DNA of 64,000 nt, from NCBI GenBank assembly GCA_018268935.1, contig JAFDVS010000032.1, positions 17,987 through 81,986 of the forward strand, read 5' to 3'. Positions within the stretch are counted from its first letter, which is position 1, and every line of letters begins with the position of its first letter. The stretch is from Acidobacteriota bacterium. GTDB lineage: Bacteria; Acidobacteriota; Terriglobia; Bryobacterales; Bryobacteraceae. Positions 1 to 9,677 of this stretch are shown in pieces. The notes beneath the pieces are model-generated. The model saw nothing but the letters and a program-made list of their open reading frames with translations, ran no database searches and was not told the DNA's origin. Position numbers and translations under genes: made by a program.

Positions 1-1287
1 CAGAACAACGTCAGCAATGCCAATACGCCCGGGTATGCCAAACGCCAGTTGAACCTCGAATCGCGCCACTTCGATGTGCGGCTTGGCCTTCCCGGCGGCG
101 TTGACATCGGCAACATGGTGAACTTCCGCAACGAGTTCAGTGAACGCAACGTATGGCGCCAGAACAACAGCTACGGCCGTTTCGCCGAACAGCGTCCCTT
201 ATTGGAAGAGGTGGAGTCCTCGTTCATCATCAGCAGCAATGCAGGCATTCCGGGCGCACTGAACGAATTCTTCAACGGTGTCTCCAGTTGGGCCGTCAAT
301 CCGAACGATCCGGTGGCCCGGCAGGTCGTCCTCGACCGGGCCGGCGGGGTTGCCCGGTCGTTCAATGAGACGGCGAAGAATATCGCTGCCGCGGCCAACA
401 CGGCCGATCGCCAGATCTCCGCCACCGTGGACAAGATCAACTCCATCGCCGGGCGTATCCGTGCCGTCAATGAGGAGATGCGCACCGACCGCAGCAAGAT
501 GGAGGATCCCGCCCTCGACGCCCAACTGTATGCCTCCTTGGAGGAGTTGTCGGAGGTGGCGGACTTCAATGTCCTGCGGGCCGAAGACGGCAGTATGCAG
601 TTGCTGCTGGGTGGCCAGACACCGCTGGTGATTGGCGACCGCCAATACGAGATCAAAGCCGATTTCTCCTTTGCCTCCCCGCGCATTGTGAACGAAGATG
701 ACGTCGATATCACCTCACAGATTGGCAATGGCGGATTGCGCGGGCTGCTCGACACCCGCAATCAGCAGATCCCTTCTTATCTCGACGACCTCAATCGCAT
801 GGCGGAGACGTTTGCCGATCGCGTGAACCAGGTGCTGGCCGGTGGGCTCGACTCCAATGGATCGTCCCCGCTGGTGGACCTGTTCACCTACGACCCGACT
901 CTTGGCTCGGCGGCCACCATGGCCGTTAACACGCTGGAGCCATACCAATTGGCGGCGGCTGAAACCTCGGCGCCAGGCGGCAACGGCAACGCACTGCTGC
1001 TGGCCAACCTTGCCGAATCGGCGGAAATGGATGGCGGCTCATTCCATACCTTTTACGGAGAATTGGGCGCAAGGCTGGGGCGGGATCTGCAAAATGCCAA
1101 TGACGGTGTGACGATGCAGGAGGAATTGCTTTCGCAGAGCAAGGATCTGCGCGCCGAGCGCTCCGGCGTGTCTCTCGACGAAGAGGCGGCGCGCCTGATC
1201 GAAGCCCAGCGCGCGTATCAGGCCAATGCGCAACTCTTCCAGGTGCTGAACGAACTCACCGACACTCTGATTAACCTGCTGCGTTAG
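1..1287 (+). CDS. flgK: Flagellar hook-associated protein 1 (FlgK), 5' end cut by the window edge
   Basis: Frame 1 is open from nt 1 (QNNVSNANTPGYAKRQ, the flagellar rod/hook N-terminal motif). The C-terminal helix LDEEAARLIEAQRAYQANAQLF is typical of FlgK. flgL follows 11 nt later. Confidence 0.85.
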   Translation, partial: QNNVSNANTPGYAKRQLNLESRHFDVRLGLPGGVDIGNMVNFRNEFSERNVWRQNNSYGRFAEQRPLLEEVESSFIISSNAGIPGALNEFFNGVSSWAVNPNDPVARQVVLDRAGGVARSFNETAKNIAAAANTADRQISATVDKINSIAGRIRAVNEEMRTDRSKMEDPALDAQLYASLEELSEVADFNVLRAEDGSMQLLLGGQTPLVIGDRQYEIKADFSFASPRIVNEDDVDITSQIGNGGLRGLLDTRNQQIPSYLDDLNRMAETFADRVNQVLAGGLDSNGSSPLVDLFTYDPTLGSAATMAVNTLEPYQLAAAETSAPGGNGNALLLANLAESAEMDGGSFHTFYGELGARLGRDLQNANDGVTMQEELLSQSKDLRAERSGVSLDEEAARLIEAQRAYQANAQLFQVLNELTDTLINLLR

Positions 1288-1298
1288 GAGATTTCACC

Positions 1299-2231
1299 AT
1301 GATCACCGGTATTCCCCCCTCGGCGGAGCGCTTCCTGATTGACGTGCAGCGCCACCAGCGGCGGCTCGACAAAGCGCAGCGCGAACTCACTTCCGGGCTC
1401 AAACTGACTCGTGTTTCCGACTCTCCGGAGCAGGTGAGCCGTCTGTTGACGGCGCGCAACGGCCTGGAACGCGTGGAGCAGGTCCAATTGAACCTGGGGC
1501 GGGTAAAAACGGAGGTGGACACCGCCGAAAGCTCACTCGAAAATGCCGTCAGTCTGGTCGAGCGTGCTCGTGTGTTGGGAGCGCAAGGCTCCAGCGGACA
1601 CCAGGATGCGGGCACCAGGGCGCAGGTTGCGGCGGAACTGGAAGGGATCCTCGAACGGCTGGTGGCCACCGCGAACGTCGCGGTCGAAGGCCGGTATCTC
1701 TTCAGCGGCGACACAGACCAGACCGCACCCTACGCGCTCGATCCCTTGCAGCCTTCCGGTGTCACCGCCTATCAGGGCGCCGCTTCCACCCGCAAGGTAG
1801 CCGACTCGAGCGGGCTGACGTTTTCCGTCGGGTTCACCGCCGAACTCATCTTTGACAGCACAAACCCCGATGAGAAAGTGTTTTCCGCGGTGAACGGGAT
1901 GCGGCGCGCGATTCTCGCCGTCGACAATCCGCCGGACCCGCCCGACCCAACCATCCCCAGCCTGGATGAGGCGCTTCACAATCTGGGCTCCGCCTCCACC
2001 TACTTGAATCAACGCCTGGCGACCTACGGCATCATTCAGAACCGCGTCACCGAATCGATTGACGCCGCGGCGAAACTGGAATTAAGTCTCAAGACACAGG
2101 TCGCCAACATCGAGGAAGCGGACCTGGCTGAAGCGGCGACGGAGATGACCCAGGCCAGGCTGCAACTCGATGCGGCCTTCCAAACCCGCGCCAACACGCC
2201 GCGGAAAAGCTTGTTCGACTACCTCGGCTAG
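1299..2231 (+). CDS. flgL: Flagellar hook-associated protein 3 (FlgL, flagellin-like)
   Basis: 310 aa. Has a flagellin-like N-terminal helix (RLDKAQRELTSGLKLTRVSDSPEQ) and C-terminal helix (EADLAEAATEMTQARLQLDAAFQ). Sits directly after flgK. Confidence 0.8.
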   Translation: MITGIPPSAERFLIDVQRHQRRLDKAQRELTSGLKLTRVSDSPEQVSRLLTARNGLERVEQVQLNLGRVKTEVDTAESSLENAVSLVERARVLGAQGSSGHQDAGTRAQVAAELEGILERLVATANVAVEGRYLFSGDTDQTAPYALDPLQPSGVTAYQGAASTRKVADSSGLTFSVGFTAELIFDSTNPDEKVFSAVNGMRRAILAVDNPPDPPDPTIPSLDEALHNLGSASTYLNQRLATYGIIQNRVTESIDAAAKLELSLKTQVANIEEADLAEAATEMTQARLQLDAAFQTRANTPRKSLFDYLG

Positions 2232-2806
2232 GCCGTTGGCTCGAACTTCCAGGTTGGCGGCACAATCCCCTTCACCCGCAAATACACAACGGTCTGGCCC
2301 CGATGGTGCGCTGTGTGCATATAGGCGCGAAACAGCACATCCGTGCCCGAGTGCGGGTTGCGGCCAAAGTTGACGTCTTTCCGGGTGAGGTCCTTCTCGG
2401 TCATCTTGTCCAACACCGTGGCGACGTAATCAAACGACTCGGCGACGTAGCGCCGCACTGCTGTCTTATCCGCCTGATTGATCTGTTTGGCGATGACATT
2501 GCGGTCCATGGGGAGTGAATCCGGCACCGGCAGAATCCCCAGCGCCCGGAAATAGGCGAGGTTGGCGATGGCAAGGTGCACCATCTGCTCACCGAAGGTG
2601 CGCTGCGCCGGATCGGGCTTCGAAGTGAAGCCGTCGGGCGGCATCGCATCGAGCATGGCCAGCGTGTACTCCTTAGTGTCCTTCCAATGCTCAATGAAGG
2701 AATCGCGCAAGGTGCGGGCAAAGGGGTTCGACCACCCGGGTGTCGATTGGGCAGCCTGGACAGGGGCCGCGGCGGCGAGTCCAGCCAGTAAGTGACGTCG
2801 GTTCAT
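2228..2806 (-). CDS. DinB-superfamily protein with twin-arginine-like signal
   Basis: N-terminus MNRRHLLAGLAAAAPVQA. DinB-type four-helix His pattern (HLAIANLAY ... HTAHHRGQ). Convergent 4-nt overlap with flgL. Confidence 0.7.
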   Translation of the reverse strand: MNRRHLLAGLAAAAPVQAAQSTPGWSNPFARTLRDSFIEHWKDTKEYTLAMLDAMPPDGFTSKPDPAQRTFGEQMVHLAIANLAYFRALGILPVPDSLPMDRNVIAKQINQADKTAVRRYVAESFDYVATVLDKMTEKDLTRKDVNFGRNPHSGTDVLFRAYMHTAHHRGQTVVYLRVKGIVPPTWKFEPTA

Positions 2807-2831
2807 GAGGGAGAGGGTATCACGCCGCAGC

Positions 2832-3659
2832 CTACGGATGGAGCAGCCGGTAGGCTTCGCGCTTCGACATACCTCGTTCCCGCGCCGCCTGCTTGATGGC
2901 GTCCATGCGGGGAACGCCTTGCGCTTCCAGTGCCGCCACGGCTTCCGCCAGCGGGACCTGGGGCATTGCCGCTGCGCTGCCAGCCGCGGCCTTGCCGATA
3001 AGCACCGTGAACTCGCCCTTGATGGCTGCTCGCGCGGATAGCGTCTCCCGCAACTCGCCGGGCGCGCCGCGCAGAAACTCCTCGTGGATCTTGGTCAATT
3101 CACGGGCCAGCACCACCTGGCGCGCGCCGAGCGTTGCTTCGATATCCTCCAGCGCCTCCAGGATGCGGTGCGGAGCCTCATAGAAGATCAACGTTGCCGC
3201 CAGTTCGCCCACCACCTCCAGTTGTTTGCGCCGCTGCGCCGTCTTGCTGTGGAAAAAGCCGCCAAAGTAGAAAGCGTCGGTGGGGAGCCCGGAAGCCGAA
3301 AGCGCGGTGATCGCCGCGCAGGGCCCGGGGATCGGCACGACGGGGATGCCCGCTTCGAGCGCCGCCTCGATCAGCCGGTAGCCGGGGTCGGAAATCAGCG
3401 GTGTGCCGGCATCGGAGACCAGTGCCAGCGACTCTCCGCTCTCCATTCGCGCGATTAGTTCCGGCGTGCGCTCCCGCTCGTTGTGTTCATGAAAGGCAAG
3501 CAGGGGACGATGAAGAGAGAGATGATCGAGCAGCTTTCGTGTCTGACGAGTGTCTTCGCAGGCGATGGTGGAAACAGCCCGGAGAATGCTGGCGGCACGC
3601 TCGGACAGGTCGGAGAGGTTCCCAATGGGGGTAGCGACAATGTAAAGCGTGGGCGGCAA
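2832..3659 (-). CDS. rsmI: 16S rRNA (cytidine1402-2'-O)-methyltransferase
   Basis: LYIVATPIGNLSDLSERA N-terminus and tetrapyrrole-methylase fold motifs (VSDAGTPLISDPG, IPGPCA) are characteristic of RsmI. Confidence 0.9.
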   Translation of the reverse strand: MPPTLYIVATPIGNLSDLSERAASILRAVSTIACEDTRQTRKLLDHLSLHRPLLAFHEHNERERTPELIARMESGESLALVSDAGTPLISDPGYRLIEAALEAGIPVVPIPGPCAAITALSASGLPTDAFYFGGFFHSKTAQRRKQLEVVGELAATLIFYEAPHRILEALEDIEATLGARQVVLARELTKIHEEFLRGAPGELRETLSARAAIKGEFTVLIGKAAAGSAAAMPQVPLAEAVAALEAQGVPRMDAIKQAARERGMSKREAYRLLHP

Positions 3660-3756
3660 GTAGTTAGATTACCGGATGACGGAGGCGGGTGGTACTAACG
3701 TTTCCCTTATATCCTCCGATAGATAGGGTTGAGATGGCAGGTCGAGCCAGACTACG

Positions 3757-4953
3757 ATGGCTAATGTAGCTCATAGCGAAGATTCACGAAAGGCTGGCAT
3801 GGATACGGCACAGCTCCAACCGGAACCTGGCACGGTTCCGCCAAAGCATTATGTCTGGGAGGTTCCCGGAAAACGGCTCACGATCCATGTTGATTTCACC
3901 GTCATTGACCGGCTGGTGCAGGAAGTGATGCGCGGCTTCGGCGCCATTCCCCGGCGTGGCGCTGAGGTTGGTGGCGTGCTGTTGGGCAGTGCCGAAGTCG
4001 GTGACCGCATCATTGTCCGGATTGAGGACTTTGAAGTGGTGCACTGTGAGCATCGGCGCGGGCCATCGTACCTGCTGTCCGATTCCGATGTGGCGCGCTT
4101 CGCCGAGACGATCGCCCGCCACCGCTTTACGCCGCAGAAGACCGTTTACGCCGTGGGGTGCTATCGCAGCCACACCCGCGACGGACTTTGCCTGACGCCG
4201 GAAGATCTTTCGCAATTCGACGCCTACTTCCCCGATGTCTCCGATGTCTTCCTGCTGATTAAGCCCTATGCCACGAAGGTGAGCCAGGCCGGCTTTTTCT
4301 TCCGTGAAGAAGACGGAATTCGTGTGGACTCCTCGTATCTTGAGTTTCCGTTCCGCAGGAAGGAACTGGGTGGCGGGGCGACACCTGGTGTGCGGGCGAG
4401 GGAACTGGGGCCGGTAGCGCATACGGTAAGTAACCCCGCTGCGGCGCCTGCATCCTATCCCGTCATTCCGCGCCTGTTTGAAACCGAGGCGCCGGCGGCG
4501 GAAACTGCGGAGGAATCGGCTGACCCGATCGCAGCGCCCAGTTTCGGACAGCCGATGGAGGATCTGCCGCGCCGGCGCAACGTCTGGATTCCGCTTTCGT
4601 TCATCTTCCTTCTGGTTGGGGTACTGGTTGGCTTCCAGGCTTCGCTCACCTATCGACCGGCGAAGGCGGCTGGGATTGTTGGGGACGCATACCAACTTTC
4701 ATTGACCGCGGGCAAATCGGGAGATTACGTCCTGGTCCGGTGGGACCGCAATGCCCCGGCGATCAAAGGCGCGCTGCGCGGCGTGTTACGGATCAATGAC
4801 GGCGGACGCGAAAAAGAAGTGGACCTCGATGCCCTGCAATTGCAGAATCCCCAGGTCTTCTACCGCAATCTGTCGCCCAAGGTCACTTTTAAGCTGGAAG
4901 TGTTCACCAAGGAGCGCATTTCCCTCTCGGAAACTACGGAGTGGGGACAGTAG
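3757..4953 (+). CDS. Membrane protein with degenerate MPN/JAB-like N-terminal domain
   Basis: 398 aa. The N-domain resembles MPN (GAEVGGVLLG ... GCYRSHTRDGLCLTPEDL), but the JAMM HxH reads RSH. One TM segment (WIPLSFIFLLVGVLVGF), then a beta-rich C-domain. The start could instead be Met15 (3799). Confidence 0.55.
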   Translation: MANVAHSEDSRKAGMDTAQLQPEPGTVPPKHYVWEVPGKRLTIHVDFTVIDRLVQEVMRGFGAIPRRGAEVGGVLLGSAEVGDRIIVRIEDFEVVHCEHRRGPSYLLSDSDVARFAETIARHRFTPQKTVYAVGCYRSHTRDGLCLTPEDLSQFDAYFPDVSDVFLLIKPYATKVSQAGFFFREEDGIRVDSSYLEFPFRRKELGGGATPGVRARELGPVAHTVSNPAAAPASYPVIPRLFETEAPAAETAEESADPIAAPSFGQPMEDLPRRRNVWIPLSFIFLLVGVLVGFQASLTYRPAKAAGIVGDAYQLSLTAGKSGDYVLVRWDRNAPAIKGALRGVLRINDGGREKEVDLDALQLQNPQVFYRNLSPKVTFKLEVFTKERISLSETTEWGQ

Positions 4954-4980
4954 CCGCACTCCCCTTGCTATCCTGTATAG

Positions 4981-6333
4981 ATGGGTCTCCAGTTGTTTGT
5001 GTTGCTTGCCCTTAGTGTCTCTGCCCTGTCGGCACAGAGCACGGGGTTCGATGGCCACTGGCTTGGAACCCTGGAAGTGGGCCCTACCAAACTGCGGATC
5101 GCCTTACACATTGAGAAGGCGGCTGACGGATCGCTGTCCGGAAAGATGGACTCCATTGATCAGGGGGCGTCCGGAATTCCTCTGTCGGCTGTCACGCTGG
5201 CGGAAAAAGCGATCAGTTTCACTGTGCCTGCCGTGCGCGGCGCCTACAAGGGCACTCTCAACGCCACCGCCACCGCCATCGAAGGCGAATGGAGTCAGGG
5301 CCCCAACAGTCTGCCCCTCTCCTTCAAACGAACGGCCGGTGTGGTTGACACTTCCAAGCCGCAGGAGCCGAAGAAACCGTATCCTTACGAAGAGCGCGAG
5401 GTGAGCTACGAAAACCCGGCGCAAGGCAATAAGCTTGCCGGGACGTTGACCCTGCCCAAGGGGCGCACCGGGGTTCCCGCTGTGGTTCTAATCAGCGGTT
5501 CCGGGCCGCAAAACCGTGACTCCGCTGTCTTCGGGCACAAAATCTTTCTCGTGCTGGCCGATCACCTCACACGGAAAGGGATTGCCGTGCTGCGCGTCGA
5601 TGACCGCGGTGTAGGAGGGTCCTCGGCCGTTCCCGGATCGACCACGCTCGACTTCGCCAAAGACGTCCTGGCCGGAGTCGAGTTCCTGAAGAGAGTCCCC
5701 GAAGTGAACAAGGCCCAGATCGGCCTTGTCGGGCAAAGCGAGGGCGGATTGATTGCCCCCATCGCCGCGTCCCAATCGAAAGACGTTGCCTTCATCGTGA
5801 TGCTGGCGGGAACCGGTGTTCCCGGCGAGCAGGTCCTGTATGCACAGGCTGAGGCGATCATTAAAGTCAACGGTGGAGGCGACGATCAGGTGGCCGCGAA
5901 CCGCCAGGTGCAGGAGAAAATCTTCGCTCTCCTCAAGACCGATTTGGATGACGCCGCCTTGCGCGAAAAGATCAAGGAAGTTGCCGGAGCCGCACAGGCG
6001 GCCTCTGCCGGCAACCCCTGGTTCCGAACCTTCGTGAAACTCGATCCGCGAGACTACTTGAAGAAAGTGTCCTGCCCGGTACTCGCTTTAAACGGAGAGC
6101 TCGACTTGCAGGTGCTGCCCAAACAAAACCTTCCGGAAATCGAAAAAGCTCTCAAAGAGGGTGGCAACAAGGATTTCCGCACCGCCACGCTGCCCAAGCT
6201 GAATCACTTGATGCAGACCGCCAAAACCGGCTCTATCGCCGAGTACGCGCAAAGCGAGGAGACGATGGCGCCTCTGGCGCTCAATACCGTCTCCGATTGG
6301 ATTCTAGAAAAAACAACCCAAAAAGGGAAATAA
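4981..6333 (+). CDS. Secreted alpha/beta-hydrolase (S9-like serine hydrolase)
   Basis: Signal peptide MGLQLFVLLALSVSALSAQ. Nucleophile elbow GQSEGG. The C-terminal NHLMQ is consistent with the catalytic His region. Confidence 0.75.
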   Translation: MGLQLFVLLALSVSALSAQSTGFDGHWLGTLEVGPTKLRIALHIEKAADGSLSGKMDSIDQGASGIPLSAVTLAEKAISFTVPAVRGAYKGTLNATATAIEGEWSQGPNSLPLSFKRTAGVVDTSKPQEPKKPYPYEEREVSYENPAQGNKLAGTLTLPKGRTGVPAVVLISGSGPQNRDSAVFGHKIFLVLADHLTRKGIAVLRVDDRGVGGSSAVPGSTTLDFAKDVLAGVEFLKRVPEVNKAQIGLVGQSEGGLIAPIAASQSKDVAFIVMLAGTGVPGEQVLYAQAEAIIKVNGGGDDQVAANRQVQEKIFALLKTDLDDAALREKIKEVAGAAQAASAGNPWFRTFVKLDPRDYLKKVSCPVLALNGELDLQVLPKQNLPEIEKALKEGGNKDFRTATLPKLNHLMQTAKTGSIAEYAQSEETMAPLALNTVSDWILEKTTQKGK

Positions 6334-6344
6334 AGACCAAGTTC

Positions 6345-7535
6345 ATGTCACAAACCTACGCCCCACTCAATCCGCCGAGACGGCTTTTGTTCGGTCCCGG
6401 CCCCACCATGGTGGATCCGAGGGTTTATCAGGCGATGACGAAAACCGTCGTCAGCCACCTCGATCCGTACTTCTTCCAGACGGTGGAAGACGCACGCGTG
6501 CTGCTGCGGCAGGCATTCGGCACCACCAACGATTTCACCCTCGCAATGTCCGGCACGGGCAGCGCAGGCATGCAAACCGCAGTGGCAAATTTTGTTGAGC
6601 CGGGTTCGAAGTTTGTGGTTCTGGCAAACGGATTCTTCTGCGATCGCATCAGCGAAATGGGACGCCGTCAGGGCGCAACCGTCGTCCGCCTGGAGAAACC
6701 CTGGGGCGAGACGTTCGATGAAGCCGAAGCGGCGGAATTCATCCGCAAGGAAAAGCCCAACGTGGTCGGCTTCGTTCAGGCGGAAACATCCACAGGCGTC
6801 TTCCAGACATCGAAGCAGATCTGCACCGCGGCTCATGAAGTGGGCGCATTGGTAATTGCCGATTGCGTCACCTCGCTCGGTACCATGCCGGTGGAACTCG
6901 ACGCCAATGGCATCGACATCGCCTACTCCTGCACCCAGAAAGGGCTTTCTTGTCCTCCGGGCCTGGCGCCGGTCACCATTTCGCCGAAGGCCATGGAATG
7001 GCTCCGTGCGCGCAAGACTACGCCGGCCGATTGGTATCTCGATTTGAAGTTGCTCGCCGACTACTACGAAGGCGCGCACCGCTATCACCACACCGCGCCG
7101 ATTTCGTTGTTCTACGCCCTGCGCGAGGGCTTGCTTTGCATTCACGAAGAAGGCATCGAGAACCGCTGGGCGCGGCACAAGCGCAGCCACGAAGCCTTTG
7201 TCGCCGGTGTCGAAGCGATGGGACTGACGATGCACGTGCCGGCCGGCCATCGCCTGCTCAGCCTCAACACGCCGCGAGTGCCGGAAGGCATTGACGATCT
7301 GAAGGTCCGCAAGCGCCTGCTGGCATCGGCCGACATCGAGATCCTCGGCGGCTTCGGACCGCTCGCCGGGAAAGTGTTCCGCGTCGGAATCATGGGCCCG
7401 CTGGCCACCGAAGAGAACGTCATGCTGCTGCTCGGCGAGTTCCAGAAAGCACTCGAAGGCGAAGGGTTCGCGGCAAAGGGCAGCGCCGTCGAAGCAGCCC
7501 AAGCCTACTACGCCTCGCAGTCCGTACCCGCATAA
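6345..7535 (+). CDS. Class V aminotransferase (alanine-glyoxylate / serine-pyruvate aminotransferase family)
   Basis: The track ORF begins at TTG 6297. I prefer ATG 6345 (MSQTYAPLNPP..), which lies after the stop of the upstream gene. LLFGPGPT, SGTGSAG and SCTQKGLSCPPG (PLP-Lys region) motifs are present. Confidence 0.85.
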   Translation: MSQTYAPLNPPRRLLFGPGPTMVDPRVYQAMTKTVVSHLDPYFFQTVEDARVLLRQAFGTTNDFTLAMSGTGSAGMQTAVANFVEPGSKFVVLANGFFCDRISEMGRRQGATVVRLEKPWGETFDEAEAAEFIRKEKPNVVGFVQAETSTGVFQTSKQICTAAHEVGALVIADCVTSLGTMPVELDANGIDIAYSCTQKGLSCPPGLAPVTISPKAMEWLRARKTTPADWYLDLKLLADYYEGAHRYHHTAPISLFYALREGLLCIHEEGIENRWARHKRSHEAFVAGVEAMGLTMHVPAGHRLLSLNTPRVPEGIDDLKVRKRLLASADIEILGGFGPLAGKVFRVGIMGPLATEENVMLLLGEFQKALEGEGFAAKGSAVEAAQAYYASQSVPA

Positions 7536-7579
7536 GTCCACGCACAGGGGAGCGGCATTTTGCGATATGCTGCTCCCCT

Positions 7580-8542
7580 ATGCGCATCCTGCTCATTTCC
7601 CTTTGTGTATTTGCCTTGGCCGCGCAACAGCGGCCCGCCGTGACGGAGGCCACCATCGACCGCTGGATGACCGAACTCTCCAATTGGGGCCGCTGGGGCA
7701 AAGACGATCAACTCGGCGCCATCAACCTCATCACCGCCGCCAAGCGCAAGCAGGCTGCTTCATTGGTGCAGGACGGTGTTTCCGTTTCCCTCGCCCACGA
7801 AACGCTAAAAGAAAAGTCTCTCGACAACGAAAACCCGTTCTCGCAAACCATGACCATGACCGGGGTGAACAATCCCGGGCAGTTCAGCGTCGATCAATAC
7901 ACGGTGCTCTACCATGGCTGGGCGCACACGCATATGGATTCGCTCTGCCACATCTTCTACAAGGGCAAGATGTACAACGGATTCCCCCAGCAGAGCGTCA
8001 CCAAGGACGGGGCAGGGAAGCTGGCCATCGCGAACTTCAAAAACGGCATCTTCACGCGCGGCATTCTCATGGATATTCCGCGCCTCAAGGGAGTGCCTTA
8101 TCTGGAACCCGGCACGGCCATCTATCCCGAAGATCTCGACGCATGGGAGAAAAAGGCCGGTTTGAAAATCGGCCCCGGCGACGTCGTCTTCATTCGCACC
8201 GGACGCTGGGCGCGCCGTGCGCAGAAGGGCGCCTGGGATCTGCCGAACAAAGCTGCCGGTTTGCACGCCTCCTGCGCACGCTGGCTGAAACAGCGTGACA
8301 TCGCCATGCTTGGTTCCGACGCGGGCAGCGATGTGCAGCCCTCGGGCATCCCCAATGTGACGCATCCCATTCATCGCATGGTGCTCATCGCCATGGGTAT
8401 GCCCATCTTCGACAACTGCGATCTCGAAGCGCTGAGCGCGGAGGCTTCCAAGCGCAATCGCTATGAGTTCCTGATTACCGCCGCGCCCATTCCAGTGCCC
8501 GGCGGAACGGGCTCTCCACTCAACCCGATTGCCACTTTCTGA
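7580..8542 (+). CDS. Cyclase-family protein (kynurenine-formamidase-like), secreted
   Basis: Signal peptide MRILLISLCVFALAAQQ. Metal motif HGWAHTHMDSLCH (HxxxHxDxxxH). Confidence 0.8.
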   Translation: MRILLISLCVFALAAQQRPAVTEATIDRWMTELSNWGRWGKDDQLGAINLITAAKRKQAASLVQDGVSVSLAHETLKEKSLDNENPFSQTMTMTGVNNPGQFSVDQYTVLYHGWAHTHMDSLCHIFYKGKMYNGFPQQSVTKDGAGKLAIANFKNGIFTRGILMDIPRLKGVPYLEPGTAIYPEDLDAWEKKAGLKIGPGDVVFIRTGRWARRAQKGAWDLPNKAAGLHASCARWLKQRDIAMLGSDAGSDVQPSGIPNVTHPIHRMVLIAMGMPIFDNCDLEALSAEASKRNRYEFLITAAPIPVPGGTGSPLNPIATF

Positions 8543-8552
8543 CAGCGCGGAT

Positions 8553-9110
8553 TTACAGCAGGATCAAGCCCTGGCGTAAGCCTTCAGTGACAGCCTCAGT
8601 GCGCGAGCCCGCGCCCAGCTTGCTCATCACACTGGCGACATGAAACTTCGCCGTGTGATCGCTGATGGCGAGCCGGGCCGCGATTTCCTTGTTGCTCAAT
8701 CCGCGGCCAAGCAAGCGCAGTACTTCCAACTCGCGCGGCGTTAGCGCTTCGGTTTCGTGGTTCGACTGCCGAGCCGGCGTTGCCGACAACAAGGCAGTAA
8801 CGAATTCCGGCGCAATCACGGTAAGGCCCGAGGCGAGGGCACGAATGGCTGCGGCCAACTCTTCGGCGGTTGTATTTTGCGGCAGCACGCCACGGGCGCC
8901 ATCGCGCAACGCGCCTGCCGCCGAATCCGCATCCTCCACCAGCACCAGATAAGGCGTTCCCTCTGTCTCGCTATCGTCCGCGTCGCGATGAAACACGATC
9001 GCCACATCGGGGCCGTCGGAGACGATTTCCAGGTCGTCAGCCCGCGCCAGCAGTGCTTCCATGCCGGTGCGCGCCAGTCCCGTCGGGCCGATCAGTGCGA
9101 CACGAATCAA
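8553..9110 (-). CDS. LuxR/NarL-type HTH regulator with atypical (phospho-blind) receiver-like domain
   Basis: The track ORF runs to 9665, but that extension overlaps the protease gene in another frame. TTG 9110 overlaps the protease TGA stop. LuxR HTH: LTPRELEVLRLLGRGLSNKEIAARLAISDHTAKFHV. The N-domain aligns to a receiver but lacks the acidic pocket and acceptor Asp. Confidence 0.7.
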   Translation of the reverse strand: MIRVALIGPTGLARTGMEALLARADDLEIVSDGPDVAIVFHRDADDSETEGTPYLVLVEDADSAAGALRDGARGVLPQNTTAEELAAAIRALASGLTVIAPEFVTALLSATPARQSNHETEALTPRELEVLRLLGRGLSNKEIAARLAISDHTAKFHVASVMSKLGAGSRTEAVTEGLRQGLILL

Positions 9111-9673
9111 GCGGCTTTCCTTTGCTGCGAGAGCCGCAGGAAATCCGCGGCCACGTTGCTCGGGATGGCGAGCGCCAGTCCATGGGCGATCATCGTGTTG
9201 ACTCCAATCACTTCGCCGCGGGCGTCGGCCAGTGGCCCGCCCGAGTTGCCCGGAGCAAGCCGCACCTGCGCCTGCACCCAGTTGTTCCCACCGAGCCCCT
9301 TCATCGGACCAACGCCATAAACCACACCCGAACTCACCGCGCCGGTGAATCCCAGTGGATTGCCCACCGCAAGGACAATCTCCCCGGTACGCACCGTGCT
9401 GGAATCGCGCAGCGTAGCCGCCGGCAATCCGAGCGTGTCGATTTTGATCAACGCCAGATCGTGCCGCCGCGCCAGGGCGATCAACCTGCCGGGAAAGCGG
9501 CGTCCGTCCCATGTTTCCACATCCGGATGCCGCCCGCGCACGACGTGAGCATTCGTCACAATGTAGCCGAGGCTGGTGAGAACAATGCCCGAGCCCGAAC
9601 TCCGAGCCCCTGGCACAGTAATGGAAACCGTGCTCTTGCGCAACCGTTCGGCTACATCTCCCCAATTGCCCAT
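9107..9673 (-). CDS. Trypsin-fold (S1C-like) serine protease, no PDZ, no signal peptide
   Basis: Start taken at Met50 of the track ORF (MGNWGDV..), 4 nt after the upstream stop. Catalytic motifs TNAHV, HDLALIKI and GNSGGPL are intact. Confidence 0.8.
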   Translation of the reverse strand: MGNWGDVAERLRKSTVSITVPGARSSGSGIVLTSLGYIVTNAHVVRGRHPDVETWDGRRFPGRLIALARRHDLALIKIDTLGLPAATLRDSSTVRTGEIVLAVGNPLGFTGAVSSGVVYGVGPMKGLGGNNWVQAQVRLAPGNSGGPLADARGEVIGVNTMIAHGLALAIPSNVAADFLRLSQQRKAA

Positions 9674-9677
9674 TCGC

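Noticed and set aside
6348-7541. 397-aa minus-strand ORF. The same applies to 11547..12719, 23761..25170, 24861..25862, 41174..42130, 43243..44334, 28502..29446, 50842..51819, 51871..52746, 57615..58487 and 3784..4695.
   Set aside because: Each is a shadow ORF opposite a gene with strong family motifs. None has a motif of its own.
9111-9665. N-terminal 185-aa extension of the LuxR-type ORF (track ORF 8553..9665)
   Set aside because: The extension overlaps the active protease gene in another frame and is Arg/Gly-rich nonsense. The receiver-like domain begins exactly at TTG 9110.
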